Source of the DNA: Thermoplasmatota archaeon | GTDB taxonomy: Archaea; Thermoplasmatota; SW-10-69-26; JACQPN01; JAIVGT01 | Assembly: GCA_035541015.1 (NCBI GenBank) | Contig: DATLFM010000035.1 | Location: forward strand, 1 to 63,515 | Reading direction: 5' to 3' | DNA: 63,515 nt | In this document: piece by piece, positions 38,801-44,481 of the stretch | Position numbering within the stretch: position 1 is the first letter of the stretch | Layout of the letters: each line of letters begins with the position of its first letter | Notes under the pieces: generated by a model | The model's input: only the letters and a program-made list of their open reading frames with translations | Told to the model about the DNA's origin: nothing | Databases searched by the model: none | Translations under genes and position numbers: made by a program

Positions 38801-40392
38801 CGCGCGGCGTCCAGATCGACTTCTCGTCGGACAAGGACCGCTTCTGGATCGAGCGCGTGGCCGAGATTCCGCCGGGCGGCAGCGTCGACCTCCGGGCGCC
38901 CTGGCGCGTGGTCGTGGGGCCCGACGGCCAGGCCCGCAAGTCGCTCTCCGTGTTCGCCTTCCTCACGGGCGGGGGCCTCTACGAGCCGGACCTCGAGAAC
39001 AACCGCGTTCTCGTGCCGGTGCCGGTGCGGACGTACGACCCGCGCGTCTCGAGCGAGGGTCTGGAGACGTTCGTCGTGCGTCGGGGCAGCGTCGTGACCT
39101 TCGACGTCGTGGTCGGCGCCCGCGGCAACTCCGACGACCGTATCCTGCTCGACGTTCCCAACCTGCCCGCCGGCTGGGCCGCCATCCCGCTCCCCGAGCG
39201 GCGCATGCCGGTCAAGGTGGGCGCCGACATGGAGGCCCAGATCCTCCTTCGCCTGCCCGAGCAGACGCACGCCGGACCCTATCCGCTCACGCTCGTCGCC
39301 TCCTCCGCCTTTGCGCCGCATCGCGCCGACCGGCTCGCGTTCACGGTCGAGGTCGAGCGCGAGGAGGGCTTTGCCCTGCACGCGCCCTCGGAGGTCGTCC
39401 TCGCGCCGGGCTCGACCGCCGTGAACGTGCGCGTGGCGAACCTTGGCAACGGGCTTGGCGACATCGCCACCGTCTCCGTGCTTGGCGCCCCGGCCGGCTG
39501 GTCGGTCGCCTTGGACCGCACGAGCCTGGCCTTGGACGGCTTCTCGGTCCGGAACGTGACCTTGAACGTCACCACGCCGCCGGGCCCGCAGACGCCGCCG
39601 GGCCGCTACGAGATCGTCGTCGTGGGGCGGCTCGGGGAACTTTCCCAAACGGTTACGATCCCGGTCGTGGTCCAAGGCGTCGTGCGCGTCGGAGTCTCGA
39701 CACGCGACCTGCCGTCCACGTACCGCCCCGGCCAGTCCGTGGACGCGCGGCTCGTGCTCGTCCACGAGGGCAACGTCCCCGGAACGGTGCGCCTGGCCGC
39801 CGAGAGCGAGGTCGCCTTGGTCTCGCTTGGCGGCTCCGCGTTCGAGATGGTCCCCGGACAATCCCTGGAGGTGCCCGCGAGCCTCACGGTCCCGCTGGGA
39901 ACGCCGCCGGGCGCGCACGTTGTGCGCTGGCTCGTCCAGGCCCAGGGCCGGACCGTCGCCCACCCGACGAGCCTTCTCGTCGAAGCGCCCGATCTTGCCT
40001 TTGCGGCCGGTGAGCTTCGTCCGCGCAACCCCGCGCCGGGATCGGACGTGCGCATCACCCTCAAGGCGCAGAACCCGACGGACGTCTCCGTGGAGAGCGC
40101 CACCGTGTCCGCCTACGTGAACGGGATCCTGGTCGGGTACAAGGTCATCGACCTCGCCCCGCGGGGAAGCCGGGACGTCGAGTTCACCTGGAAGGCCCAG
40201 CCGGGCCGGCACGTCGTGACCGTGCTCCTGGACGAGGCCGGCGACCTCGTGGAGATTTCCAAGGAGAACAACGCGCTGGAGCTGTCGTTGGAGGCCGCCG
40301 ACGGAGGATTGGCCGGGTTGCCGGGCTTCGAGCCGATCCTCGTGGCGCTGTGCGCGATCGCGGCGGCGCTTGGCCGGAGGAGGAAGCCCTAG
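26848..40392 (+). CDS. Giant secreted protein (4514 aa): six MAM/jelly-roll-like modules, CARDB-like and Ig-like modules, PGF-CTERM tail (LPGFE)
   Basis: ATG 26848 overlaps the upstream TGA (ATGA). Signal peptide MSRSAARRLRAVFLVLVMVAGALPPAEA/Q. Six modules end in GW-x-[IL]-D-x-[IV] at about 28327, 31554, 32437, 33274, 35524 and 37672. CARDB-like units occur after 38.2 kb, for example ...HTIVVEAFLANAATREMSTRNNEI and the final ...HVVTVLLDEAGDLVEISKENNALEL. It ends GLPGFEPILVALCAIAAALGRRRKP*. Confidence 0.8.
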   Translation: MSRSAARRLRAVFLVLVMVAGALPPAEAQDLPPAPDPPTLPTVRQDVPGVGTILVDPNDLSPETIVSQLPPEAQAALDTVQRALAARAAEVANRTSEIRGLLNGTARTTVFHDDMNPANLTLNPPAATLRLQDYYANRSRLSTVFAASAGLRGDTIDETFRAADGWLHASVGDDRYALVSSGFVYAEPGDPLREDVTSYPTDLWHLRPVEGATGAYAWWSGTDRGGDPRYYGWVRPHESELVTPAIDLRGAVAVDNRPVRERVANVLDPVEIAGIVGDQLRHVTSGLQTQIVAADRVLDGLLAQILGSIPPSGVPIQDETIASIHPYQNEVSAWLNRTTTPVVAQALEREFLSASLTDVGDALLRVVHRHDFLPGADGGAVQISWYEPISGTWTRWMLLSPADGHRYRTLAPDEQGNLGPASQDRPAVPALRDVAVDALGRPVNPRGLGWTGNSEGWVESVFDLSQFAGKVIRLRFFQAIAQRQAGVPDDPHAGWTIDRVSVEAVSASVDVGVARILAPANAAVVDEGARTAVVGVVKNYGRSPVTAAVDCRIQTRLAGGTLVNQSCGTRTVALAPGRETLVTFPEWTARNAVATYKIQLETRLQGGLSDENPDNDADVSVVRSRRIVDVRLEDVRLCPVPHVRGNGCNVPEEAVSPLDVPWRVLVDVANQGNTPVVVSPERVRLEVRSLYDASRPQLVATLYPHETEDLAIPFGPRYAGHAIAASSEQARGRLSFTFTPPPVAAPYELRLILDDPSLGASDQIARNVNIRAVNLANFYDDLMSAWRHDYEGLRPQAGLPATLGPTFPAASSAARRQDLQSKTLFPTVLGGIPQSGAWRSSVDADGYAVRTNEVLEIAQYARHTLTVPARPNNLTIAGGGAATLSFSLWHWLQPGGGFWEFERAWRLNFTDLRNNPNDPHDPARNRTLRDAAGFISKSLLLRQDPVRFLLHHDLNASIRFTGPVQVSLALQWGDVNTLTQTTGIPIVRANVTRIAPDGTSQLLAQLSYTFTPHPTRDRGAYTTEGRDVVRHLLWNATGVTIPAGHRIAIDLSAVNTTRLSLRYDGSTESAISYVAFPARERMHMPADAFEVLRGWTVFLNRTALTGGVCTAATTCTLTEQRGPSSTFTSLPLTATTTPFAVASPLRFALTPSLASDMRIATPVSVHLNLTRGPGSSESESTIGLALRVRFLERLADGSLRELALVNRTFTSQERWQVLAGESVSFGKSVTWENATGTVLAAGSRLEMEVSLYSNTGQANRVWMLPFGAQWNMTRVEWGESLMWGPDAYRLDGFNDEELGVKPLGWRTVSMPVRLSDTSRIFFRHQVPAPGYSMPVFLDDFRVTNATGGTILIDTVDYNALGPHSAAATWLQPHRAVTGTTFDARRSGVVLPNNQSWQLVGSRLFGNEFVTSSHPFAPNNLTFTVPTVDDWRNDTRGGGTVLRWGLPFGGYRPDAWGAVSSPLAIDLTGTTDPKLVLRHAYGFAYELDGGLVQVAPSVGLGVGTWRTVHPLGALNGTVDDHSAVRALGDLGFTGQSEGIVNHTFDLSQFKGQLVRFRLLARSGDGPPEGDGWTIYEARVEDGRRVLFQDDFSRTLVLQPLGLPAASYYLGSLRVDDAAWTQANGTVIIPAAGGAMFRTTGLQQAFERAVHESCPLVRDPRVEFEDPSHNQTVTDAHNALYGACSLQVEPRAKSIYSGNFTGIPVLGEASPRAVVHSVHANVLQLNRTIDLRWEPGARLTFEQQLRIDGERWDCKRSCRFFDKAIVQVREVGAANESPWVTLTTFDQLHASASPEWRPFALNLDAFAGRQIELRFVAQRSPFAMRDPATLGVPQHPLMPGQLRDTINATDDTVRGSKVFTAADHHFEWLLDNVVIAAGDGTTLLADPEGAGDWIRSDPVWDEEWETLPRHVLKSHPTEVAPEHQGTLWHRTQARHARGTAAWHFGVETPMGTYVPAGQLVHCTHANLTPLDVGRCPSGARPNQPMQRLVSPILDLAGLLEPSLTFQHRHSLSFTPLGSGQNDPFCGATGVSNPRPCTLAGLVEVRALRATGVWTDWQLLGPNPGVSNLRFAFVHDSGGWVQQGPIPLENVYALFTDESGKPLQRRDLLTTKIQLAFKAINPSGHLGIAFGNGTGLDRSTNSTMDGGWWIDAITISERNFVNDVAIARARVEADGGPVQEGEAMLVPPGRRAGIEVTVRNLGTETQSPVLTWRISGRSQEPNPVSDGRQQTQLSLLLPLLDDGSLDPRGFVTGRLETVAQEPEPLPGAEVSLVVDLHPTEAATTDVFGEFAIPAPSFVGGIHTIGVRFGGNETYAPTNATEVWGPVTSLAGLPSITAAGRSQETARLFNVSIPLVDNEPWCTRQLNLELEIEVSIPPFVDENPANNKEIVKLTARCNPRARFIEEFEVVPGTAPPGASRRLDFTLQNHGNVRLDSVLAYAVVTRPDGSIWQSEEQALAPIQPGSSASLPQGIFLPGDELSQLGRYGVEVKVLQRVLYDGTLYEIELEGLNQPRLARSTTFHAKNIIQLDGLSPDSAATWEAGPSWEIAEVPDLAVSPPWLWRLGNGSVYAPNLSSSLVTFELLPHVARDADLVFSYLNNLHRGDSVAIECSTDDGRTWRPLTECGTAGRTRDNVLTAASRGGKLPKWIPVTLRNFGGRVTTDVNLLPPAQFPDPGDLEPKRWFGVTTPFAGVAPWTAAASRVAGSGPLASWAWSNSSVGLFSRPGGTHAFLFGRYVDEPLNTTPALARNSQARLVSPVVDLRGVTEPATLSFWHFYSFLTAGNGWAGGGTVMVCVVEDTDECRKDTEGKDAWMPLREPERNQPSPYTGTWASNSGGTFIPVGTPAFVASIPGWQRVGLRLDVLTGKDCVPEGGCFLNERIRIAFVGTTNATGDATGWWIDDIRVTGGVFESSPTLLRFRATTDEMFNEGSFAVDDLMLLGRTREHSVSARIATINGKPLSAFHAPDGVHWMAPGSPVRVGIEVRNDGLEPACDLVGWIRANRLPDNSLPPNATQQSFVVPGCLGPGQRTTVFRSPFADDVVDRRIPEIENQDYQIILHVIPLEGDERTYDNTHVLRLHAATVQHVEPKLLPEDVAPRTVPADGAFAVSTLLSNWGTQRERVRAEATLVRLDPGPQGWDHNGTLGWGNRTTYTGASVVVNGTLVPLGLDARHLTLDHLEERSVVWNVQTRGLPPGVYSVNVTASILNETGVPKRNMTSRNVSVLLGHTGLYLHADFDFGNRTAVGDNRTFDNSSYCNPLPDATGRLRCTGNFTSGAGPFWMRDNGNWTWVDSARVQHITTNNGPQPFTRDVEYRRPTNSHPDRDGGARFQWDPDAGPGGAGDGAWMWIRPEERISSTRDTDDALLSPVFYLRGADFNSTFLHLQHTYSMPPDAAGLVELQLARWVPMPFGPPPGGYWTFHSMETDWIPLAPVFGGSLGYGKDSTATLVRDAYDERAAGGASANGCGMGAAGVDNPDTGHSSDAYELWCPDSDSAQGDGGSLGLPTMRANRIPTNPLDGNRSFGLGAATDGWETVVFNLSNSSVSNYPLLGHTQRNVLLGSAAAGDECRIADGPAQVYAVCDEARANNEFDWRPPVPARLRFRAGSFGPAQGHFEWVIDKISVSGYAPRLSFLDVPGAARVVCGVERVPFANASRESGCPRPANLTTLHCGVSADQEGDPCPRPIERVIDSIAEGERHEFEIVVRNPGGLPDLVDLAFDFVGVAPPEWIEAGTGFATPGGVVDRMQVLLPPRSSRSIVVVVTAAVGLLEPEFKYEFEAVVRAVSQFDPMAQHSLRILLEHSTALHPDVVVEDVQTGTESSLLGGPTRSVYAGVPTLVTVQISNRGTAEARDVMVRLLARSPSGEETVVLGPTLAPVTRLAFLDAGGRTVSLPFTWTPRETGPHTIVVEAFLANAATREMSTRNNEIRFSIDVVSLPLPDLVVSSLQVLERGNQPVCIRALMPACEGPEGPVEGSVVDVLVRVQNAGRAPARGVQIDFSSDKDRFWIERVAEIPPGGSVDLRAPWRVVVGPDGQARKSLSVFAFLTGGGLYEPDLENNRVLVPVPVRTYDPRVSSEGLETFVVRRGSVVTFDVVVGARGNSDDRILLDVPNLPAGWAAIPLPERRMPVKVGADMEAQILLRLPEQTHAGPYPLTLVASSAFAPHRADRLAFTVEVEREEGFALHAPSEVVLAPGSTAVNVRVANLGNGLGDIATVSVLGAPAGWSVALDRTSLALDGFSVRNVTLNVTTPPGPQTPPGRYEIVVVGRLGELSQTVTIPVVVQGVVRVGVSTRDLPSTYRPGQSVDARLVLVHEGNVPGTVRLAAESEVALVSLGGSAFEMVPGQSLEVPASLTVPLGTPPGAHVVRWLVQAQGRTVAHPTSLLVEAPDLAFAAGELRPRNPAPGSDVRITLKAQNPTDVSVESATVSAYVNGILVGYKVIDLAPRGSRDVEFTWKAQPGRHVVTVLLDEAGDLVEISKENNALELSLEAADGGLAGLPGFEPILVALCAIAAALGRRRKP
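40376..40383 (+). promoter_or_regulatory. SD-like GGAGGAGG for ATG 40396
   Basis: Formed by CGG-AGG-AGG (R-R-R) of the upstream tail, 12 nt before the ATG. Confidence 0.45.
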
Positions 40393-40395
40393 GCG

Positions 40396-43300
40396 ATGCG
40401 ACGCGGGGGAGGTCGCGGTCGGCGTGCCGCAGTGGCAGCGTTGCTCGCCCTGCTCCTACCCCAGCTTGCGCTTTCGCCCGCCGCGGCGGCGGGCGAGGAG
40501 GTCTTCGACCCCGGCGGCCTTGCGACGGCGAGATGGTGGGGCCCCGAGGACGACGCGGGCTGGCACTTCCGGGTCCCCGTGGCCGTCCACCCGCGCATCA
40601 ACCTCACGCACGAGGGCCTCGAGATGGCGCCGTACCTGCCGCGCCTCGTCAACCACCCGGTCGAGGCGGAGCTTGACCTCAGCAAGCTTCTCCTCACGGC
40701 GGGATGGCTCAACGACTCGATGGGCGGGCAGCCGTTCCTGCGCAGCTTCACGCTCGACCTCGACAGCTTCCGGGTCGTCGAGTACACGGGATTCTTCGGC
40801 CGCGATCACCACCCGATCGTGAACAACCCCCAGCGCGAGGGACCCGAGCACGTGCGGGAGGAGGTCCCCTACGTCCTCAACACGGCGCTCTTTGCCCAGC
40901 GCACCCCGCGCCCGTTCGACGCGGGCACGAACCCCATCGTCACGCTCACGTGGCTTGCCAAGGACGTGCACGCGCCGCGGTTCTTCTACGTGTACTTCGA
41001 CATCCTCGAGAACGGCAGGAAGCCTGCGCCCTCGTATGCCGGGGAGGAGATGGAGCGTCTGGACGCCCTATCGGGCGCCACGCGCGCAAACGTGTTCTAC
41101 GGGGAGACGTACAACGCGAACAACTTCGACCGGAACCGGGTCGTGACCGTCGTCGCGCTCGACGCCAACACGCGCGTCCGGTTCTACGAGTACAGCACGT
41201 CGCCCGCGCGTCCCCTCCTGCAGCCCAGCCGCGAAGTCGTGCTTGGGCGCGGCGAAGCGGCCTCCTACGAGGTCGGCGCGACGCGCGCCTCCGACGGCCG
41301 GTTCAAGGTGGTCGCCGACAAGCCCGTGGTCGCCTACGCGGCGGCCCGCGGCGCGGACTCGCGCGGCCGCCCCGTCGACGTGGGCACCTTCCATCCCAGC
41401 GAGGACGGCACGCTCGTCGGCCGCAGCTTCCTTCTGTACGCCACCTCGGCGCAGTTCATGATCGTGGCGCCCAACGCCGGCGAGGAGGCTCGCGGCACGC
41501 TTTACCACGTCCATCCGGGCGGCGCCGAGGAGGAGGTCGCCCGGTTCCGGTACGAGCCGCTCACGCCCGGCTCGACGTTCCGGACGCAGTTCCTCCGCGT
41601 GAACCTCGCAGGCCACGCCGGGGCCGTGCACGGCGTGCTGCGGTACGCCGCGGACGCCGGATCGGCCCCGGTGTTTCTCGTCTCCGTTGGTCCGGGCGTC
41701 TTCCCCGCGATCACGCCCGCCGGCGGCGTGGCAGGCACGTCTGTGTTCAGCGTGGCCAAGCGGGAGGGGACCTTCCGCCTCGTGTCGCCCGTGAACGAAG
41801 CGCGCGTGGAGGTCGGAAACCTCGATCTTGCCGGCGGCGTGCTGTGCGGAGACCAGCCGGTGAGCCCCGGCCTTGCGGCCACGCTGGGGGAGACCCTGGC
41901 CCGCGCATGGGACTCCTCGGTGGGCGGCTGCATCTACAGCCACGACACCATGGCGTTGCCGGTGCCCGTCTACTTCAAGACGGGCTCGCGCTCCCCGAGC
42001 CAGCGGATTCTCGCCACGTCGACGACCACGAAGATGGACGCGCGCGAGCAGTTCGTCTACCAGACCGTGGCCGGGAAGGCCCGGCAGGAGCACGTCCTGG
42101 TGGCCAAGCTCACGGAGCAGACGGGGGGGCACGGGCGCATCACCATCTTTGCCCACCACAACGAGACGCGCGTCCAACTGCGCCACGCCGACGAGAACGC
42201 CTTTTCGTCGGTCCTCCTGGACGCCGGAGGCTACCGGGTGTTCGAGCCGCTGCACGGGGGCTACACGGTCACGTCCAACAAGCCCGTGACCGTGCTGTGG
42301 CGCATGGACCGCGGCGGCGCCTTCGGCGGCGCCCTGGGAGGTCGCCTCGTGCCGGCCGAGGCGGAGATCGGCGCGGTCGAGTGGGGAAGCTACCTCGTCC
42401 GCCTCTCGGCCGCCAAGCGCTCGGCCTTCGTCGCCCCGGGCGGCGAGACGACCTTCGATCTGGGCGTGTCGGCCATCGGCCAGCGCACCTCCGGGCGTTT
42501 CCTGCCCGACCGCATCCACCTTGCGGTCGAAGGCGTGCCGGCGGGCTGGACGGCCGAGATCCTGCCCTCGGACGCGGTGATCGAGAACCGCGTGCAGAAC
42601 CCGCAGTCGGGCGTGCTTCGCGTGAAGGCGCCCCCGGGCAACGCGAGCGACGTGCCGCCGGCGCAGGTCATCGTGCGCGCCACCTCGTTGTCGAACCCCC
42701 GCATGTCCGACAGCATCCAGTTCATCGTCGCCGTCTCGATCCACTACGAGATCCTGCTCACGTTCGACACGCACGGGCTGCGGCCCGACCCCATCCGCCA
42801 GGCCGGCGTGCGGCCGGGCAACGCCACCACATACGACCTCGCGCTTGTCAACCTCGGCGACGTGGCCGACACGGCGCGCCTGGAGGTCGTGCGCAGCTCC
42901 GACTGGAACGCCACGTTGGCCGACGCCGACGGCAACCCCGTCTCCACCGTGGCGCTGCAGCCGCGCGAGAGCCGGATCCTGCGGCTTCGCGTGGAAGCGC
43001 CGACCGAGACGGTCACCCTCACGGACTTCACAAACGTCATCGCGACGAGCACCGGGAACGCCCTGGCCTTCTCCGCCGTCACCGCCATCACCACGATCAA
43101 TCCGGAGTTCCGAATCGCCTTCTTCCTCGAGAACGCGACCCAGTACGTCGATCCGGGATCGACCGTGGAGTTTCCGCTCGTCGCCGTGAACGCGGGCGAG
43201 ATCGAGGACCAGATCGACCTCCAGGTGCAGCACGTCCCGCTCGCCGGCCGCTACGCGAACTGGACGGTGAACCTGAGCGGCGAGTCCCTCTTTGCCGGAC

Positions 43301-44481
43301 GGCTCTCCGTCAAGCCCGGCCTTCCGGAGACGGTGAGCCTAAGCGTGGGCGTCCCCGAGGGGGCCCCCGCGCTCACCATCTTCCAGGTGACCGTGCACGG
43401 CATCTCCGTCAACGACCCCACGCAGCGCGCCACCGCGGAGGCTACGGTGTTCGTGAACCCGGTGCACGCCATCCGGGCCACCGCCCGCCAGACGCAGGTG
43501 AACGTGACAGCGGAGGACCGCCTGGCCCGCTTCGACCTCACCGTTCGCAACGCGGGCAACCTCGACGACGTGGCCCGCATGGTGGTCGTGGAAGCTCCCG
43601 ACGGGTGGAACGTCACGCTGCCAGAGCCCGTGCCGCTTGCGCCCGGCGAGCGGGAATCCCAGGCGCTTCGCGTGCAGCCCCGCGCCGACGCGCTCGCGGG
43701 CGTCTACAACGTCACCGTGGGATTCCTGGCCTCCAGCGGCCCGCCCTGGCCCCTGCCGCTTGCCGTGGGCATCGCCCCCATCCGCGAGGGAAGCGTCCAG
43801 GTCGACAGCCTTGCGCTTGAGGCCGGCACGCAACGCTCGGTCCCCGTGCGCATCGTCAACACCGGCAACGTTCCGCTCTTGCTGGCGCTCGAGACGAACG
43901 CGGTCGGTTGGCTGCAGGCGCGGCTGAACGCCTCGGACGCACGCGTGCCCGCCTTCGGCGAGGCGACGCTTGCCCTCACGCTGTCGCCCCTGGAAGGCCA
44001 GCAGGGTACGGAGGAGGTGCTCCTCCGCGGCGTCACGGAGGGCGGGGAGGCGGAGATCACCGGCACCGTGCGGGTGGCCGTGGCCCGCCTGGACCTGCGC
44101 GTGGGCAACCTTTCGATCTCGCGCATCCCAACCCCGGGCCAGGACGTCCTGCTGCGGGCGGTCGTGTCCAACCCAACCCCCCTTCTCGTCGAAGGCGTCG
44201 TCGCGCGGCTCATCGTGGACGGGGTCCCGCTGGCCAACGTGACGATCGACGTCCTGCCCGGCGGGCGCGAGGTCCCCGTTCAGTTCCGCTGGATCGCGCA
44301 AGCGGGCCTCCACGAGCTTGCGATCGCGGCGCAGGCGCAGGGATCGGCGCACGAACTGGCGAGCAACGTGGCGACCCTGCAGGTGGACGTTCGCGCGTCC
44401 TTGCCGGGACCCGAAGCGGCCGCCGCGGGGCTTGCGCTTGCGGCCGCGGTGGCGATCCGCGTGCGGAGGTCGCGTGGATGA
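40396..44481 (+). CDS. Secreted protein (1361 aa): N-terminal beta-rich domains, then an array of NEW3/COG1470-like and CARDB-like Ig modules, PGF-CTERM-like tail (LPGPE)
   Basis: Signal peptide MRRGGGRGRRAAVAALLALLLPQLALSPAAAA. Repeated units have the form ...v.N.G......l.v...P.GW.a.l (VEGVPAGWTAEILPS, VVRSSDWNATLAD, VVEAPDGWNVTLPE). It ends SLPGPEAAAAGLALAAAVAIRVRRSRG*. Confidence 0.8.
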   Translation: MRRGGGRGRRAAVAALLALLLPQLALSPAAAAGEEVFDPGGLATARWWGPEDDAGWHFRVPVAVHPRINLTHEGLEMAPYLPRLVNHPVEAELDLSKLLLTAGWLNDSMGGQPFLRSFTLDLDSFRVVEYTGFFGRDHHPIVNNPQREGPEHVREEVPYVLNTALFAQRTPRPFDAGTNPIVTLTWLAKDVHAPRFFYVYFDILENGRKPAPSYAGEEMERLDALSGATRANVFYGETYNANNFDRNRVVTVVALDANTRVRFYEYSTSPARPLLQPSREVVLGRGEAASYEVGATRASDGRFKVVADKPVVAYAAARGADSRGRPVDVGTFHPSEDGTLVGRSFLLYATSAQFMIVAPNAGEEARGTLYHVHPGGAEEEVARFRYEPLTPGSTFRTQFLRVNLAGHAGAVHGVLRYAADAGSAPVFLVSVGPGVFPAITPAGGVAGTSVFSVAKREGTFRLVSPVNEARVEVGNLDLAGGVLCGDQPVSPGLAATLGETLARAWDSSVGGCIYSHDTMALPVPVYFKTGSRSPSQRILATSTTTKMDAREQFVYQTVAGKARQEHVLVAKLTEQTGGHGRITIFAHHNETRVQLRHADENAFSSVLLDAGGYRVFEPLHGGYTVTSNKPVTVLWRMDRGGAFGGALGGRLVPAEAEIGAVEWGSYLVRLSAAKRSAFVAPGGETTFDLGVSAIGQRTSGRFLPDRIHLAVEGVPAGWTAEILPSDAVIENRVQNPQSGVLRVKAPPGNASDVPPAQVIVRATSLSNPRMSDSIQFIVAVSIHYEILLTFDTHGLRPDPIRQAGVRPGNATTYDLALVNLGDVADTARLEVVRSSDWNATLADADGNPVSTVALQPRESRILRLRVEAPTETVTLTDFTNVIATSTGNALAFSAVTAITTINPEFRIAFFLENATQYVDPGSTVEFPLVAVNAGEIEDQIDLQVQHVPLAGRYANWTVNLSGESLFAGRLSVKPGLPETVSLSVGVPEGAPALTIFQVTVHGISVNDPTQRATAEATVFVNPVHAIRATARQTQVNVTAEDRLARFDLTVRNAGNLDDVARMVVVEAPDGWNVTLPEPVPLAPGERESQALRVQPRADALAGVYNVTVGFLASSGPPWPLPLAVGIAPIREGSVQVDSLALEAGTQRSVPVRIVNTGNVPLLLALETNAVGWLQARLNASDARVPAFGEATLALTLSPLEGQQGTEEVLLRGVTEGGEAEITGTVRVAVARLDLRVGNLSISRIPTPGQDVLLRAVVSNPTPLLVEGVVARLIVDGVPLANVTIDVLPGGREVPVQFRWIAQAGLHELAIAAQAQGSAHELASNVATLQVDVRASLPGPEAAAAGLALAAAVAIRVRRSRG
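44465..44469 (+). promoter_or_regulatory. SD GGAGG for ATG 44478
   Basis: Lies inside CGG-AGG-TCG (R-R-S) of the upstream tail, 8 nt before the ATG. Confidence 0.55.

Noticed and set aside
40390-40398. The 4514-aa and 1361-aa genes are in the same frame, separated only by TAG-GCG. I considered stop-codon read-through or pyrrolysine producing a fusion of about 5,900 aa.
   Set aside because: The upstream protein ends with a complete LPGFE-TM-RRRKP sorting tail. The downstream protein begins with its own ATG and signal peptide, preceded by GGAGGAGG. No Pyl machinery or PYLIS-like evidence is visible. Two separate cistrons is the simpler reading.
43908-44477. ORF-track N-terminal extensions: 43908 for the 2109-aa gene, 47660 for the DUF4350-like gene, 162 for the 826-aa gene, 11424 for the 1207-aa gene, 7798 for the 1219-aa gene, 54901 for serB, 56861 for UPF0146, 61397 for eS24, 62836 for the kinase gene and 59684 for the 71-aa ORF.
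   Set aside because: The extensions lie inside the preceding gene or in spacers and translate to Arg/Pro/Gly junk. Internal ATG/GTG starts sit at ATGA/GTGA overlaps or at TATA/SD-consistent distances, and they yield proper signal peptides or family-typical N-termini.
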